Shown here piece by piece: positions 1 through 8,844 of a stretch of 53,845 bases of DNA (its first letter is position 1; each line of letters opens with the position of its first letter). A program made the position numbers and the translations under genes. The notes under the pieces were generated by a model. That model had not been told where the DNA came from and made no database searches. It saw only the letters and a list, made by a program, of their open reading frames with translations. The DNA lies in IMG/VR virus record IMGVR_UViG_3300033141_002656, positions 1 to 53,845 of that record. The stretch is one strand, 5' to 3'. The stretch comes from a virus. Taxonomy: Duplodnaviria > Caudoviricetes.

Positions 1-114
1 CGGTCGATCTTGTTGGGCTGCCACACCACAATCACATGCACATCATTAGCCCTTGCCAGGTCAATCAGTTCAGCATAGGCATTGAGCTTTTCACCATGGT
101 TGTCCCGGGTGATG
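1..114. repeat. Terminal direct repeat, copy 1 (circular assembly overlap)
   Basis: 1-114 is identical to 53732-53845 and lies inside the helicase reading frame, which continues across the junction. Confidence 0.97.
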
Positions 115-2546
115 AAATCCAGGTTGTCCAGGATGAGCAACTTGCAGCCAGATGCAATCATGCCCTGGTACTCGGTGACACAATCCCGCCAACCCACCTT
201 GGTTCCCTCAAGTTTGGAAATCACCAGGTTGTCCAACACCACCTGGTATTGCTCCGGGTCTGCCAGGCCCTTGATGATGTCTTTGAGTTTGCGTTTGAGA
301 CTGTCGCGTGTTCCCTCAAGACTGATCAGCCCAGTCATGTTCCGGTTCAGTGCAGCAAACACTGCCACCTGATTGACCAAGGTAGTATTGTGCGTAACAG
401 TGAAATCACCCAACAAGAAACGGCCATCACCATCAATGGTGAATCCATAGTATTTCCCAAAGCCAAGAGATTTGATTTCGAACCCCACGCTGGTAGCATT
501 TTTGATCTGTTTTCTTACCATTGCTTGTTTTCTCAACACTCTAGTTGGTATCTTGTCAACATCACCAAATATATAAATTCTCCAATACTTACCTGAAAAG
601 CCATAGCTTTTGATAGTTGATGTTCTCCGCTTGCATGTAACCATCAATCCCAGACTACGACATAAAAACAATATGTCATCTTTTAAGTGATCATATACAG
701 TAACAATTTCAAAGCCGTTGTAAGTTAAATATCCATCAGTGTCTAACAAGCCAGCAAGCAATTCATATCTATTGCTCACTGATGATTTCAGGTAGCTATC
801 TGGTATAAATTTTTGACCATCTTTAATGCATGTATTTAAAACATCTGTGAATTTATTTGATACCTTGCTGTTTCTGTCGGGTTTGACCACAGACAACAAC
901 GAACACTTGTCACCATTGTCATTCACTTTGCAAACTAATTCATATTTGTTAACAGCAGACTTTACGTACTCATGTATCTCTTTGTCTGGGTTTGAAATCC
1001 TAGGAACAGCTTTTCCATTACACGTATGACCATCACCTATCCAAAGCCCAATCAGATATGGGTCAATAGGCAATTCCCTTGACACAAAATCAACGCCAAC
1101 CTTAAATAACTTGTGTGTGTTTTTGAACCAATTGCTTTTTTTAATATATTCATTCAGTGGAATGTCAATTACATCCCCGGAATTACAATTTCTAAGCGTA
1201 AGAACATGAACATCATTGCACACCCATGGATCACCCTTTGTAGGAATGATTTTAAAAAGCTCACCATATCCACTATTGGTTCTTTGAACTGTCCTTGGCC
1301 TTGAGTCAGGTCCCATCAATTCATCACCTGGACAGATATTCTGCACGGGTACAATTGTTCCATCAAACTTTAGAACCGGAGTATTCTTGCCAAGACACTT
1401 GCCCATCCCGGACGGGGCCAGTATTCCGGTGGTCTCCCCACCCCTCCACCCACCATCCAGCAGATTGTTCAATGTTTCCCAGGGAGTTTCAGCCACCAAT
1501 GATGTTGTATCCCCATCCATGTTCTCATCCAGGCTCATCTCAAGGTACCGTTTGCTGTTTCCATTTTGCACACCAAACATGGACACAATGGTGGTAACCC
1601 CCACTGCTGTCCGCTCAACCTCAGCTGGTGTCAGCCTTGGATTTTCCATCAGCCAGTCATTGAGGTCCTTGCATGGCAGCTGCAACCTGGCAACCCGGTC
1701 AGGTCCCAGCTGTGCAAAGAACCGTTCAACACATGCCTTGCCTGGCTCATCCATATCCATGGCCAGCCAGATCTCAAACCCATCGGGGATGTATTGCAGC
1801 ATTGAACCCACACTCACATGAGATGCCCCGTTAGGGAGGCTAAACACGTTCCTCAGGCCAAGTTCCCAGGCAGCCATTGCATCCCACTGTCCCTCAAAGA
1901 TGATGGCTCTCTGTGGCACTGAGGCACTCGTATCAAGCAAGTGGTTACCGATCAACAAACCGGTGGGTCCATTCTTGATATCAAACCAGTCTCTGGCTTT
2001 GGCCTGCTCAATATCTAGGCAGACCCTGACCCGGGCATTGACCATTCTCCATTGGCTCTCAACCCAGCCATAGATCGGCCATCTCAGTGCCCGAGGTCCT
2101 TTGGTACTCACCCGCCATGCATCCAAGGTAGCATCATAGATCCCACGGCTGTGACAGTATTTTCTCAATTCAGGGTAATGCCCACCGGTCACCGGTCTCC
2201 GTGGACGGTCTGGGATCATGAATGGCTTGCACTGGTCAAGGGTCAGATCAAAGTTCTGCCCATCGGCATACCGGTCACACTCGGGTAGTGGGGCATTGAA
2301 TGAGCGGGTGAGTGTGTACCAGTTGCCCACAGCCCCACACCGGAAACAGCGCCAGAATCCAGTGACCTCATTGATCTGACAGGCTGGGTTGTGTTCCTTG
2401 CTGTGGTTGCATTTAGGGCATGGTCTGAACCGGATCTCATCACCGGTCTTTTGGTTGTGTGACCGCTTGGCCCAGGTTGCGTGTGTCGAGAGGAACGCTG
2501 ATATTTCACCTGTCCGTGGCGCCCTGTATTCACGTCTAGGTCTCAC
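1..2546 (-). CDS. Bifunctional primase-helicase (T7 gp4/Twinkle-like), 5' part, intein-containing; continues across the junction to 53467
   Basis: Hand translation from GTG 2546 (overlaps the upstream TGA): Zn finger CPKC...CFRC, TOPRIM IIFEGQWD and DMD, Walker A APSGMGK/TT split by an intein. The frame joins ORF 53467-53772; about 936 aa precursor. Absent from the ORF track. Confidence 0.92.
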   Translation of the reverse strand, partial: MRPRREYRAPRTGEISAFLSTHATWAKRSHNQKTGDEIRFRPCPKCNHSKEHNPACQINEVTGFWRCFRCGAVGNWYTLTRSFNAPLPECDRYADGQNFDLTLDQCKPFMIPDRPRRPVTGGHYPELRKYCHSRGIYDATLDAWRVSTKGPRALRWPIYGWVESQWRMVNARVRVCLDIEQAKARDWFDIKNGPTGLLIGNHLLDTSASVPQRAIIFEGQWDAMAAWELGLRNVFSLPNGASHVSVGSMLQYIPDGFEIWLAMDMDEPGKACVERFFAQLGPDRVARLQLPCKDLNDWLMENPRLTPAEVERTAVGVTTIVSMFGVQNGNSKRYLEMSLDENMDGDTTSLVAETPWETLNNLLDGGWRGGETTGILAPSGMGKCLGKNTPVLKFDGTIVPVQNICPGDELMGPDSRPRTVQRTNSGYGELFKIIPTKGDPWVCNDVHVLTLRNCNSGDVIDIPLNEYIKKSNWFKNTHKLFKVGVDFVSRELPIDPYLIGLWIGDGHTCNGKAVPRISNPDKEIHEYVKSAVNKYELVCKVNDNGDKCSLLSVVKPDRNSKVSNKFTDVLNTCIKDGQKFIPDSYLKSSVSNRYELLAGLLDTDGYLTYNGFEIVTVYDHLKDDILFLCRSLGLMVTCKRRTSTIKSYGFSGKYWRIYIFGDVDKIPTRVLRKQAMVRKQIKNATSVGFEIKSLGFGKYYGFTIDGDGRFLLGDFTVTHNTTLVNQVAVFAALNRNMTGLISLEGTRDSLKRKLKDIIKGLADPEQYQVVLDNLVISKLEGTKVGWRDCVTEYQGMIASGCKLLILDNLDFITRDNHGEKLNAYAELIDLARANDVHVIVVWQPNKID
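387..1397 (-). mobile_element. Intein with LAGLIDADG homing endonuclease (337 aa) in helicase Walker A
   Basis: Starts CLGKNTPV after GMGK, ends YYGFTIDGDGRFLLGDFTVTHN before T(+1); internal PYLIGLWIGDG and LLAGLLDTDG; visibly more AT-rich than the flanks. Confidence 0.95.
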
Positions 2547-3634
2547 TTGGGGTTCACCTCATCGATGCTAACTGATTGTTTTCCAAAGTCATAGCCCAGC
2601 TTGTCATACACCGTTTCCCCATCGCGGGGGCCGATCTCAAGAATGGCGGGATAGTCCGAAAAGAATTCTTTGAGGTTGCCACCGATCTCATCCCAACGCA
2701 AGGTGGCATAGGTCTTGAATATGGGATCCTTGAGGATGGCATTGAAATGCTTTGCAAAGTGAGATGGCTTTTTGTCACACCCGACAAACTGCCGGTGTGG
2801 TGAGTCCGGGATGTATTCCCGCTTACCGGTTTTCTCATTCACTGCCGGGACCCCACCACAATAGACATACCAAGCAAGCCCAGTCACCAGCCCACCATAC
2901 TGCTGGAACGTCTTTGTCAGTTCAGTCCGTTCCCGCCGGGCAGCTGGACTCAGATCAGACCCAACCCAGTTAGGCTGTTCCTGTCCATAGCCCAGCATGG
3001 ACTGACCCCGGACCCACATGAGGGCAGCAATCTCAACAAACTCATTTGACCTGTCACGCCAGTATATCAGATCAGCGTTCTTGTTGGCCTTTTCAACATC
3101 AATACTGGCAACCATTTCATTGAGTTTGGCCATGGCATCATCCTGAGTCTCGGTAGGGATAGGTTCCTCAACCCCATACTTGCAATCAGTCTCAAAGCCC
3201 TGGATGATTTCCGAGGCATCAACCCGCCTGAGGCCCAGGCCAATGAAATGCTTGATAGCTGCATTCCGGAGTGAGGGCCGGACCCCATGACCCAGGACCG
3301 TGACCAGCTTGGGGTTGATGGTGATCTGCATGGGTAACCGCTTGAGAGTCCCATCATTACGCCATGGAGTCACCACCTTGATGAGCCCATACTGGGCAAG
3401 CAGATGATCCCTTGATCTAATTTTCCTGGCTGTGTCCCCCACAGCATTAGCCCAGGCCCCACGGCCCAGATGAACCACACCCTGGTCATCGGTGTCTTGT
3501 TGCATCAGAACCCACAGCATGATCATCACCGTGGGATCAAACAAACGGTTCTCAGCATCGGTCCCCATTTTTCTCAGGGTCTTGTTCATCTGCAGGCAGA
3601 ACTTGTGAATCAGTTCCAGCTTGGGTGGTGTCAT
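2543..3634 (-). CDS. Putative replication initiator/origin-binding protein (363 aa)
   Basis: Lies between the putative origin and the primase-helicase and is coupled to the latter; AAGGA RBS; possible N-terminal winged helix. Function inferred from position. Confidence 0.5.
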   Translation of the reverse strand: MTPPKLELIHKFCLQMNKTLRKMGTDAENRLFDPTVMIMLWVLMQQDTDDQGVVHLGRGAWANAVGDTARKIRSRDHLLAQYGLIKVVTPWRNDGTLKRLPMQITINPKLVTVLGHGVRPSLRNAAIKHFIGLGLRRVDASEIIQGFETDCKYGVEEPIPTETQDDAMAKLNEMVASIDVEKANKNADLIYWRDRSNEFVEIAALMWVRGQSMLGYGQEQPNWVGSDLSPAARRERTELTKTFQQYGGLVTGLAWYVYCGGVPAVNEKTGKREYIPDSPHRQFVGCDKKPSHFAKHFNAILKDPIFKTYATLRWDEIGGNLKEFFSDYPAILEIGPRDGETVYDKLGYDFGKQSVSIDEVNPK

Positions 3635-3654
3635 AGTCAGTTCCTTTTGAATGG

Positions 3655-3875
3655 GTAATGGTGAATAGGTAGTCAGTGAATAGGTAACTAGTTAGTAGTA
3701 TGTATTTAGTTATTATATAACTTGACATAATGTCACGTTTGAGGGGGGTGTGGATAAGTCCCAGTTTGACATAATGGCAAACTGCAGTTTGACATAATGT
3801 CCCGTTAATGGGATTTCGGGGGGTAGTTATCCACAGGCTGAGCATCATTCTATGATCTGATTGCTGTGGGTAAGC
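3655..3875. promoter_or_regulatory. Putative replication origin: AT-rich tract, TTGACATAATG repeats and DnaA boxes
   Basis: Perfect DnaA boxes TGTGGATAA 3749-3757 and TTATCCACA 3827-3835, one-mismatch box 3865-3873; TTGACATAATG at 3722, 3766, 3789; AT-rich 3685-3720. Confidence 0.7.
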
Positions 3876-4018
3876 TGGGGATGAACTGTGAATTGGGGGT
3901 TGATTTTTGACGCGGGTTTGGTACAACTGAAACGTCCTTGACCCCACCTCTGGTGGGTTCTCTTTTGGACTCATCAGGTGCGAACTGATGGGGTCCGGTG
4001 ACAGGATGCTGAAACGAC

Positions 4019-4048
4019 AAAATCCCGGCAATGATAGGCCGGGATTTT
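4019..4048. terminator. Bidirectional intrinsic terminator
   Basis: AAAATCCCGGC-N8-GCCGGGATTTT. Confidence 0.75.
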
Positions 4049-4076
4049 ATTTTGGGCAAGCAGAAAAGATCAGTGA

Positions 4077-4319
4077 CTATTCAACGCCATACCGTGACTT
4101 GTACTTGTGCTGATTGTGTTTGCTGCAGAACCTGGGGATACCAGGCATCAGAGGCCACCAGCATTGAGCCTTGTCCTTACAGTTCTTGATGATGCAGGTA
4201 TGGCGATCACAGAATTCACCACCATTGACCACGGGATCATTGCAAAAATCATCCTTTGCTCTGACGTGTCTGGCCTTGCAACAACCGGTTCCATGCCATG
4301 TGAAATTGCTTGGTTTTAT
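4077..4319 (-). CDS. Cys/His-rich small protein (80 aa) with ATA at the expected start; possible pseudogene
   Basis: Open frame KPSNFTWHGTGCCKARH...FCDRHTCIIKNCKDKAQC...FCSKH; GGAG 6 nt before ATA, which overlaps the upstream TAA. Not in the ORF track. Confidence 0.55.
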   Translation of the reverse strand: MKPSNFTWHGTGCCKARHVRAKDDFCNDPVVNGGEFCDRHTCIIKNCKDKAQCWWPLMPGIPRFCSKHNQHKYKSRYGVE

Positions 4320-4552
4320 GTTGATCTCCCAATTGTGCTTTTTGAAATTTTTGCAAGCAGGCTGCCAACAACTCCAATTGTGCCTTCTGTTACATCCACA
4401 ATTTCACCCCGGCCATTGATGTAATCAATTAATTTTGCCTGTAAATTTTCGTAATAAATAGTGCTATCATGATTCCTTCTTTGCATGCGGAACAGAGCAT
4501 TCAGTATTCGGTGTGCCTGTTTTTTTCTTTTTTTTATTCGCCTCTTCTCCAT
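4316..4552 (-). CDS. Hypothetical basic protein
   Basis: 78-aa ORF in a chain of overlapping genes. Confidence 0.55.
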   Translation of the reverse strand: MEKRRIKKRKKQAHRILNALFRMQRRNHDSTIYYENLQAKLIDYINGRGEIVDVTEGTIGVVGSLLAKISKSTIGRST

Positions 4553-4845
4553 TGATTGTTCCTTCTGTCATAGCGCCAATCCCCACTATCCCACTTGTCA
4601 GGAAATACCCGTTCAATTTTCCAGATCATTCTCAATCGCCACATTTTCAGACGGTCCATGCTGCGACAGCTTTTTGAAATGTTCTTTACTGTGTACGGCA
4701 ACTGCCAGTAATAGTCAGTGTTATACAACCACCTTTTTTTATATTCTTTTTCTAAGAGATAGCGGAAATACTCATTCCTTGGATTTTTAAAAAATCGCCC
4801 TCTCGAAGGCATATCTGATGTCCCCCATTTTTCAACACCAAACAA
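4534..4845 (-). CDS. Hypothetical protein
   Basis: 103-aa W/R/K-rich ORF overlapping both neighbours; start uncertain. Confidence 0.55.
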   Translation of the reverse strand: MFGVEKWGTSDMPSRGRFFKNPRNEYFRYLLEKEYKKRWLYNTDYYWQLPYTVKNISKSCRSMDRLKMWRLRMIWKIERVFPDKWDSGDWRYDRRNNQWRRGE

Positions 4846-5179
4846 TACCGCCTAATTGTTCCCACTTGGCTTGCCAGGACAATCCCTCTTGCAGGTACCT
4901 TTCCTCTTGTCGCAAACGCCAATCCTTATACTGTTCTCTTGTCATCGGTCGAGGCACAATTCTGTCGGCCATGATATATGGCATTCCATTCTCGACAAGA
5001 GATTCAATCCAGCAGTTTCTGTCTAACAAAGTGAAAATGTCAGAATCACAATGATCCCCATTCATCCTGGCAAGAACAAGAAACTCTGCCGCACATCCAA
5101 GACCATGTTTTTTAAATAATTTAACACATTGCCTTGTGGTAATGGCTATATCAATGAACATAGCATTTTCAATTTCCAT
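4832..5179 (-). CDS. Hypothetical protein
   Basis: 115-aa ORF with GGGGTG RBS. Confidence 0.65.
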   Translation of the reverse strand: MEIENAMFIDIAITTRQCVKLFKKHGLGCAAEFLVLARMNGDHCDSDIFTLLDRNCWIESLVENGMPYIMADRIVPRPMTREQYKDWRLRQEERYLQEGLSWQAKWEQLGGIVWC

Positions 5180-5238
5180 ACAGTCACCCCCATATTGATT
5201 GACGTTTCTCTAGGCCCCCATCCGTGGGAGCAATGGGG

Positions 5239-5529
5239 TTACCGCTTGTCAACCCATTGATAGGCATCTCTGATGTGATCACGATAGACGCGTACCCATT
5301 GGCAGGAATGCAGCCCAAGACTATCCATCACGGATGTTCCATGGGTTCTATACGCCTCTCTCAGATAGTGCATGAAATCCATTTTCATCAGGTATGGCTT
5401 GATAGCATCGCCATCACCGTACATCTGGGCAGCTACGCGTATCAGAGCCAGATAGGTGGGCTTGGTTTCAATCCGGATCTTGAGCATTCTTTCACATGCC
5501 CAATGATACCCACGTTTCCTCTTAGCCAT
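5239..5529 (-). CDS. Hypothetical protein
   Basis: MAKRKRG start after GGGGGA RBS. Confidence 0.65.
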   Translation of the reverse strand: MAKRKRGYHWACERMLKIRIETKPTYLALIRVAAQMYGDGDAIKPYLMKMDFMHYLREAYRTHGTSVMDSLGLHSCQWVRVYRDHIRDAYQWVDKR

Positions 5530-5747
5530 CTGTCCCCCATGTAATTGATTTTGTTGAAATCCCAAACTTAGTTTGGACAGGCTGACCTAACACATAGCCT
5601 TTTCAACCTCAACGGTTTTCTCATACTGCAACTTGAATGCCCGGGAATAGGTCAATGATTCCAGCAGTGAAACCTCAACATTGTTTGTTCACTTGACAGA
5701 TTGTCAGACAACCTGGGGGCAAGGTACCGGGGGCTTTTGCCCCAGAC

Positions 5748-5778
5748 AAAAAAAGCCGGACAGTATACACTGCCCGGC
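5748..5778 (-). terminator. Intrinsic terminator
   Basis: Minus strand GCCGGGCAGT-GTAT-ACTGTCCGGC followed by T7. Confidence 0.8.
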
Positions 5779-5825
5779 CATCACCGAATAGGGAACGTTT
5801 CTCCGGAGAAACTCCCTTTTTTGGA

Positions 5826-6038
5826 TCAGTCCACCATGTTGTTCTCAATCCACCTGGCTGCATCCTTGTAACAACATGGGACAAAGACCATTGACGTTGA
5901 CAGGCTTTGCCCCCCAGTCTTGTCAGGAAATCCTGACACAATGGATTTCAACACCAGCCCACCAGGGACATGCCTGACATAGGTGGGCCAAACTGATTCA
6001 TCCTTTTCAACTTTCACCCAGTCAGATTCTCCATTCAT
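5826..6038 (-). CDS. Hypothetical protein
   Basis: MNGESDW start after GAGGGG RBS; ...VPGGLVL...SMVFVP. Confidence 0.65.
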   Translation of the reverse strand: MNGESDWVKVEKDESVWPTYVRHVPGGLVLKSIVSGFPDKTGGQSLSTSMVFVPCCYKDAARWIENNMVD

Positions 6039-6048
6039 TTTCAACCCC

Positions 6049-7923
6049 TCAAAAAGAATCATCCAACACCTTGACAATCCCAGGATACTCTGGCCGGCTG
6101 GTGATCCATTCCTGTTGCAGCAACCATTCCAGGTAGTGGGTGGGAACGTCCTCAATCTGTCTGCCCTTGTACTTGCCAAAGGTCATGATCCCCTTTTCAG
6201 CCTGGGCATTCAGCCGGGCCCGGTGATAATTGATCAGTTCACTGGCACGGAACCGGGTCAGGGTCATGTCATCTGGCACCCGGATGTTGGCCCGTTTCAG
6301 GTAATTCATCTGGGCCTCACTGACCGGCCTGCCCCATTCACTGGTCTTGAGAAACGGGATGTGGGTGGGGAACTTTTCGGTGATCCAGTCCTCAGCCGAG
6401 CCCACCACACTCCGGAGTTCAACACCTCTCATGATCGGTGTCCTGGTGGTGCCCATCCGGTATTCGGCCACGTAGTCACCAAGGCTATTCTGGCTGATGA
6501 CCACCGTGGCATTGTTGATGACAATCCGGTATTCCTTGTTGAGGTCAAGCCAGTTGAACTCACATTGGCTGAGGTAGGTTGAATCCGGGACAAAGGATTC
6601 ATCGGCTGTCTTTTCAAGTAACCGCTCAACGTCCCACCTCATGGTGCACTGCCAGAGCATTGACTGGATATGCCAGGTTTGCCCCCTCATCTTTTCCTGG
6701 AACCACACCTGGTCCTCTCTCAGGCAATTGCCATCGGCGTTCCATCGGTGGGGCAGCTGGAATGACTGGCTGATGGGGACCCGGTCCTCATCACCGATGT
6801 CAGCAAAGTCCAGGACATAGGCAAACTCTTTTCCCTCAAGGAACCTCAGCACCCTGCCCAACATCTGGTCTGCCAACAGGGCTGACTTGGTTGGCCGGGG
6901 GAACAATCCAAGATTGATTTCCTCTACATCATAGCCCTCGATCAACACTCCACACGAAATAAGTACAGTGGGCTCTTTTGCGTACCTCAGGGCATCATCA
7001 GCCGCTCGGCGTTCTGGTATGGGGGTAGTCCCATCGATGGCATAGGCTTGCCATCCGGCAGCCTCAAAGACATCTCTGAGTTCATGGGAGTGAGCAACCG
7101 ACAGAGAGAAACAAACACCCCTTGCAACAAAGCCCTGGTCTTTGAGCAACCCGGCTGTCTCGGTGGCAGCTGCCACCACCAACTGATTCCGGTCATCCAC
7201 GTTGATGGCTTCCTCAAGGTCTTTTTCAACGTAGTCACCACGCTTGGTTCTCACGTTCTTGAGGCTGGCTTTGGTGGTGATCAGAAACTGCTTGGGCCGG
7301 GCCAGCCACCCACTGTCCAACATTTCACCACGGTCAATCTTGAACCCCACCTCTGGGAAAACCTCGGACAGACTCTGGCCATCACCTCTCATGGGAGTGG
7401 CCGTCACACCAATCAACCTGTCTGGCTCAAGATCATCAATCAGCTGGCGGTAACTTGGGGCCATGGCATGGTGAGCCTCATCAATGAACACCATGATTTT
7501 TCTGCCAGTTTCCCGCCATGAATCAATGCAACGTTCCAGCCTTTTCCCCTTCATGGACTGGATGCTGCAACTGATCACATCGGCTGTGGGGTCTGCCCGT
7601 TCCTTGGCAATCTCACACTGGACGTTCAGGTGTGGCGCAACTTTGAGACACTTGTCCGCGTTCTGAGCCACCAGTGCCTCACGGTGAGCCACAATGACTG
7701 TGAGCCAGTTGTCCTTGGCTAACCGCTCGGCAATGACACCCATGATTATGCTTTTGCCGGCAGCTGTCGGAGCTATCCCAAGGTGGGATCTGCAACTCTG
7801 GTTTGCTCTGATAGCCTGGCTCAATTGTATCAATGCCTGTTCCTGGAACGGCCTCAGAGTTATATCCATGGTAACCGCCCTTTGATATAATTGGCGTGAC
7901 GTGTATTCAGCTTGTGTTCTCAT
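6049..7923 (-). CDS. SF2 DEAH-box helicase with a small C-terminal FGKYKG (DUF3820-like) domain
   Basis: LRPFQ, APTAAGKS, DEAHH, TATP, EGYD, QMLGRVLR; C-terminal MTFGKYKGRQIEDVPTHYLEWL. Start may be MDITLRP. Confidence 0.92.
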   Translation of the reverse strand: MRTQAEYTSRQLYQRAVTMDITLRPFQEQALIQLSQAIRANQSCRSHLGIAPTAAGKSIIMGVIAERLAKDNWLTVIVAHREALVAQNADKCLKVAPHLNVQCEIAKERADPTADVISCSIQSMKGKRLERCIDSWRETGRKIMVFIDEAHHAMAPSYRQLIDDLEPDRLIGVTATPMRGDGQSLSEVFPEVGFKIDRGEMLDSGWLARPKQFLITTKASLKNVRTKRGDYVEKDLEEAINVDDRNQLVVAAATETAGLLKDQGFVARGVCFSLSVAHSHELRDVFEAAGWQAYAIDGTTPIPERRAADDALRYAKEPTVLISCGVLIEGYDVEEINLGLFPRPTKSALLADQMLGRVLRFLEGKEFAYVLDFADIGDEDRVPISQSFQLPHRWNADGNCLREDQVWFQEKMRGQTWHIQSMLWQCTMRWDVERLLEKTADESFVPDSTYLSQCEFNWLDLNKEYRIVINNATVVISQNSLGDYVAEYRMGTTRTPIMRGVELRSVVGSAEDWITEKFPTHIPFLKTSEWGRPVSEAQMNYLKRANIRVPDDMTLTRFRASELINYHRARLNAQAEKGIMTFGKYKGRQIEDVPTHYLEWLLQQEWITSRPEYPGIVKVLDDSF

Positions 7924-7973
7924 CTTCAGAGAACAGGGGATGGGCCCAATGGCGGACCCATCCCCGCTTACCC

Positions 7974-8579
7974 CTAGAATGGAATATCATCAAGGCTCAC
8001 TCCCTGTGAGCCCGGCTGTCCAGCCTGGGCCGGTGGTTGCTGCCCAGGTGTTGGGGGTTGTGCTGCTGGTGGACTGGCTGCAGGTGGGGTCTCAATTGTG
8101 GGGGCTGGCTGGTCCGGGACATTGTCCCTGGGCGCATTGAGAAACACTTGCTGATACTCAGGCCGCCTGGGATTGGACCGGCAGACAACCCAGCATCTCT
8201 TGCCAATCAACTGACCCATCATGCCCAGGATTGAGTCTGCCCCCTGGGACCAGCTGGCTGGCTGGTTCAGGCCCAGATCAACAAACATTCTCTTGGTTCT
8301 GGCAATACTGTTCACCATCATGTCACGTTTCTGGGCATCACTCTGGGCCTCATAGTATTCCTGCTCAGTAAATGACCACAGGGTATACCTGGCTGTTCCG
8401 GATGCAGTCTTAACGGCAAACTCCCAGCGGGTCTTGTTCACGTTCTCATCCGGATTCTTTTTGATAATACCGGTGATCATCCCGTTGTACTCACCATTGG
8501 GATGGGGAGTGAATTGGGGGGCCTCAGCTGGCGCCGTGTCTCTTGCTAACTGGTTGATTCCATCAACAAACTCTGTCAT
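7974..8579 (-). CDS. Single-stranded DNA-binding protein (DUF669-like)
   Basis: PNGEY start of an OB fold, Pro/Gln/Ala linker and acidic DDIPF C-terminus. Confidence 0.8.
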   Translation of the reverse strand: MTEFVDGINQLARDTAPAEAPQFTPHPNGEYNGMITGIIKKNPDENVNKTRWEFAVKTASGTARYTLWSFTEQEYYEAQSDAQKRDMMVNSIARTKRMFVDLGLNQPASWSQGADSILGMMGQLIGKRCWVVCRSNPRRPEYQQVFLNAPRDNVPDQPAPTIETPPAASPPAAQPPTPGQQPPAQAGQPGSQGVSLDDIPF

Positions 8580-8593
8580 ATGCTACCCTTTCA

Positions 8594-8815
8594 TTAGAAT
8601 GATGTCTTGACCTGCATGACTTGCTGACTGGACAACTCACCCTTTTTGCCCTGGAAAAATGCCAGTACATTCCCGGGATTCTCTTTGATCATGGCATCCA
8701 TGTCCCGCTTGTATCGGAACGTATGGATGATTTTCTGGTGAGTGACCAGGTGAAAATACCCACGCTTGGGATCTTTTTTTGGTTGTTCGGTTGTGGCTTG
8801 CTCATTGTTCTCCAT
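8594..8815 (-). CDS. Hypothetical protein
   Basis: 73-aa ORF with GGAG RBS. Confidence 0.7.
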   Translation of the reverse strand: MENNEQATTEQPKKDPKRGYFHLVTHQKIIHTFRYKRDMDAMIKENPGNVLAFFQGKKGELSSQQVMQVKTSF

Positions 8816-8844
8816 GTGTTTTCTCCCATCCCTAATTGGTTAGA

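Noticed and set aside
1-114. Biological terminal repeat of the packaged genome
   Set aside because: It falls inside the helicase CDS and is best explained as assembly overlap of a circular or permuted sequence.
36-2533. Plus-strand and short minus-strand ORFs over 36-2533
   Set aside because: They are shadows of the primase-helicase/intein frame that the track omitted.
3552-4059. ORFs 3552-4031 and 3850-4059
   Set aside because: They cross a terminator and the repeat/DnaA-box region, with no convincing RBS or protein pattern.
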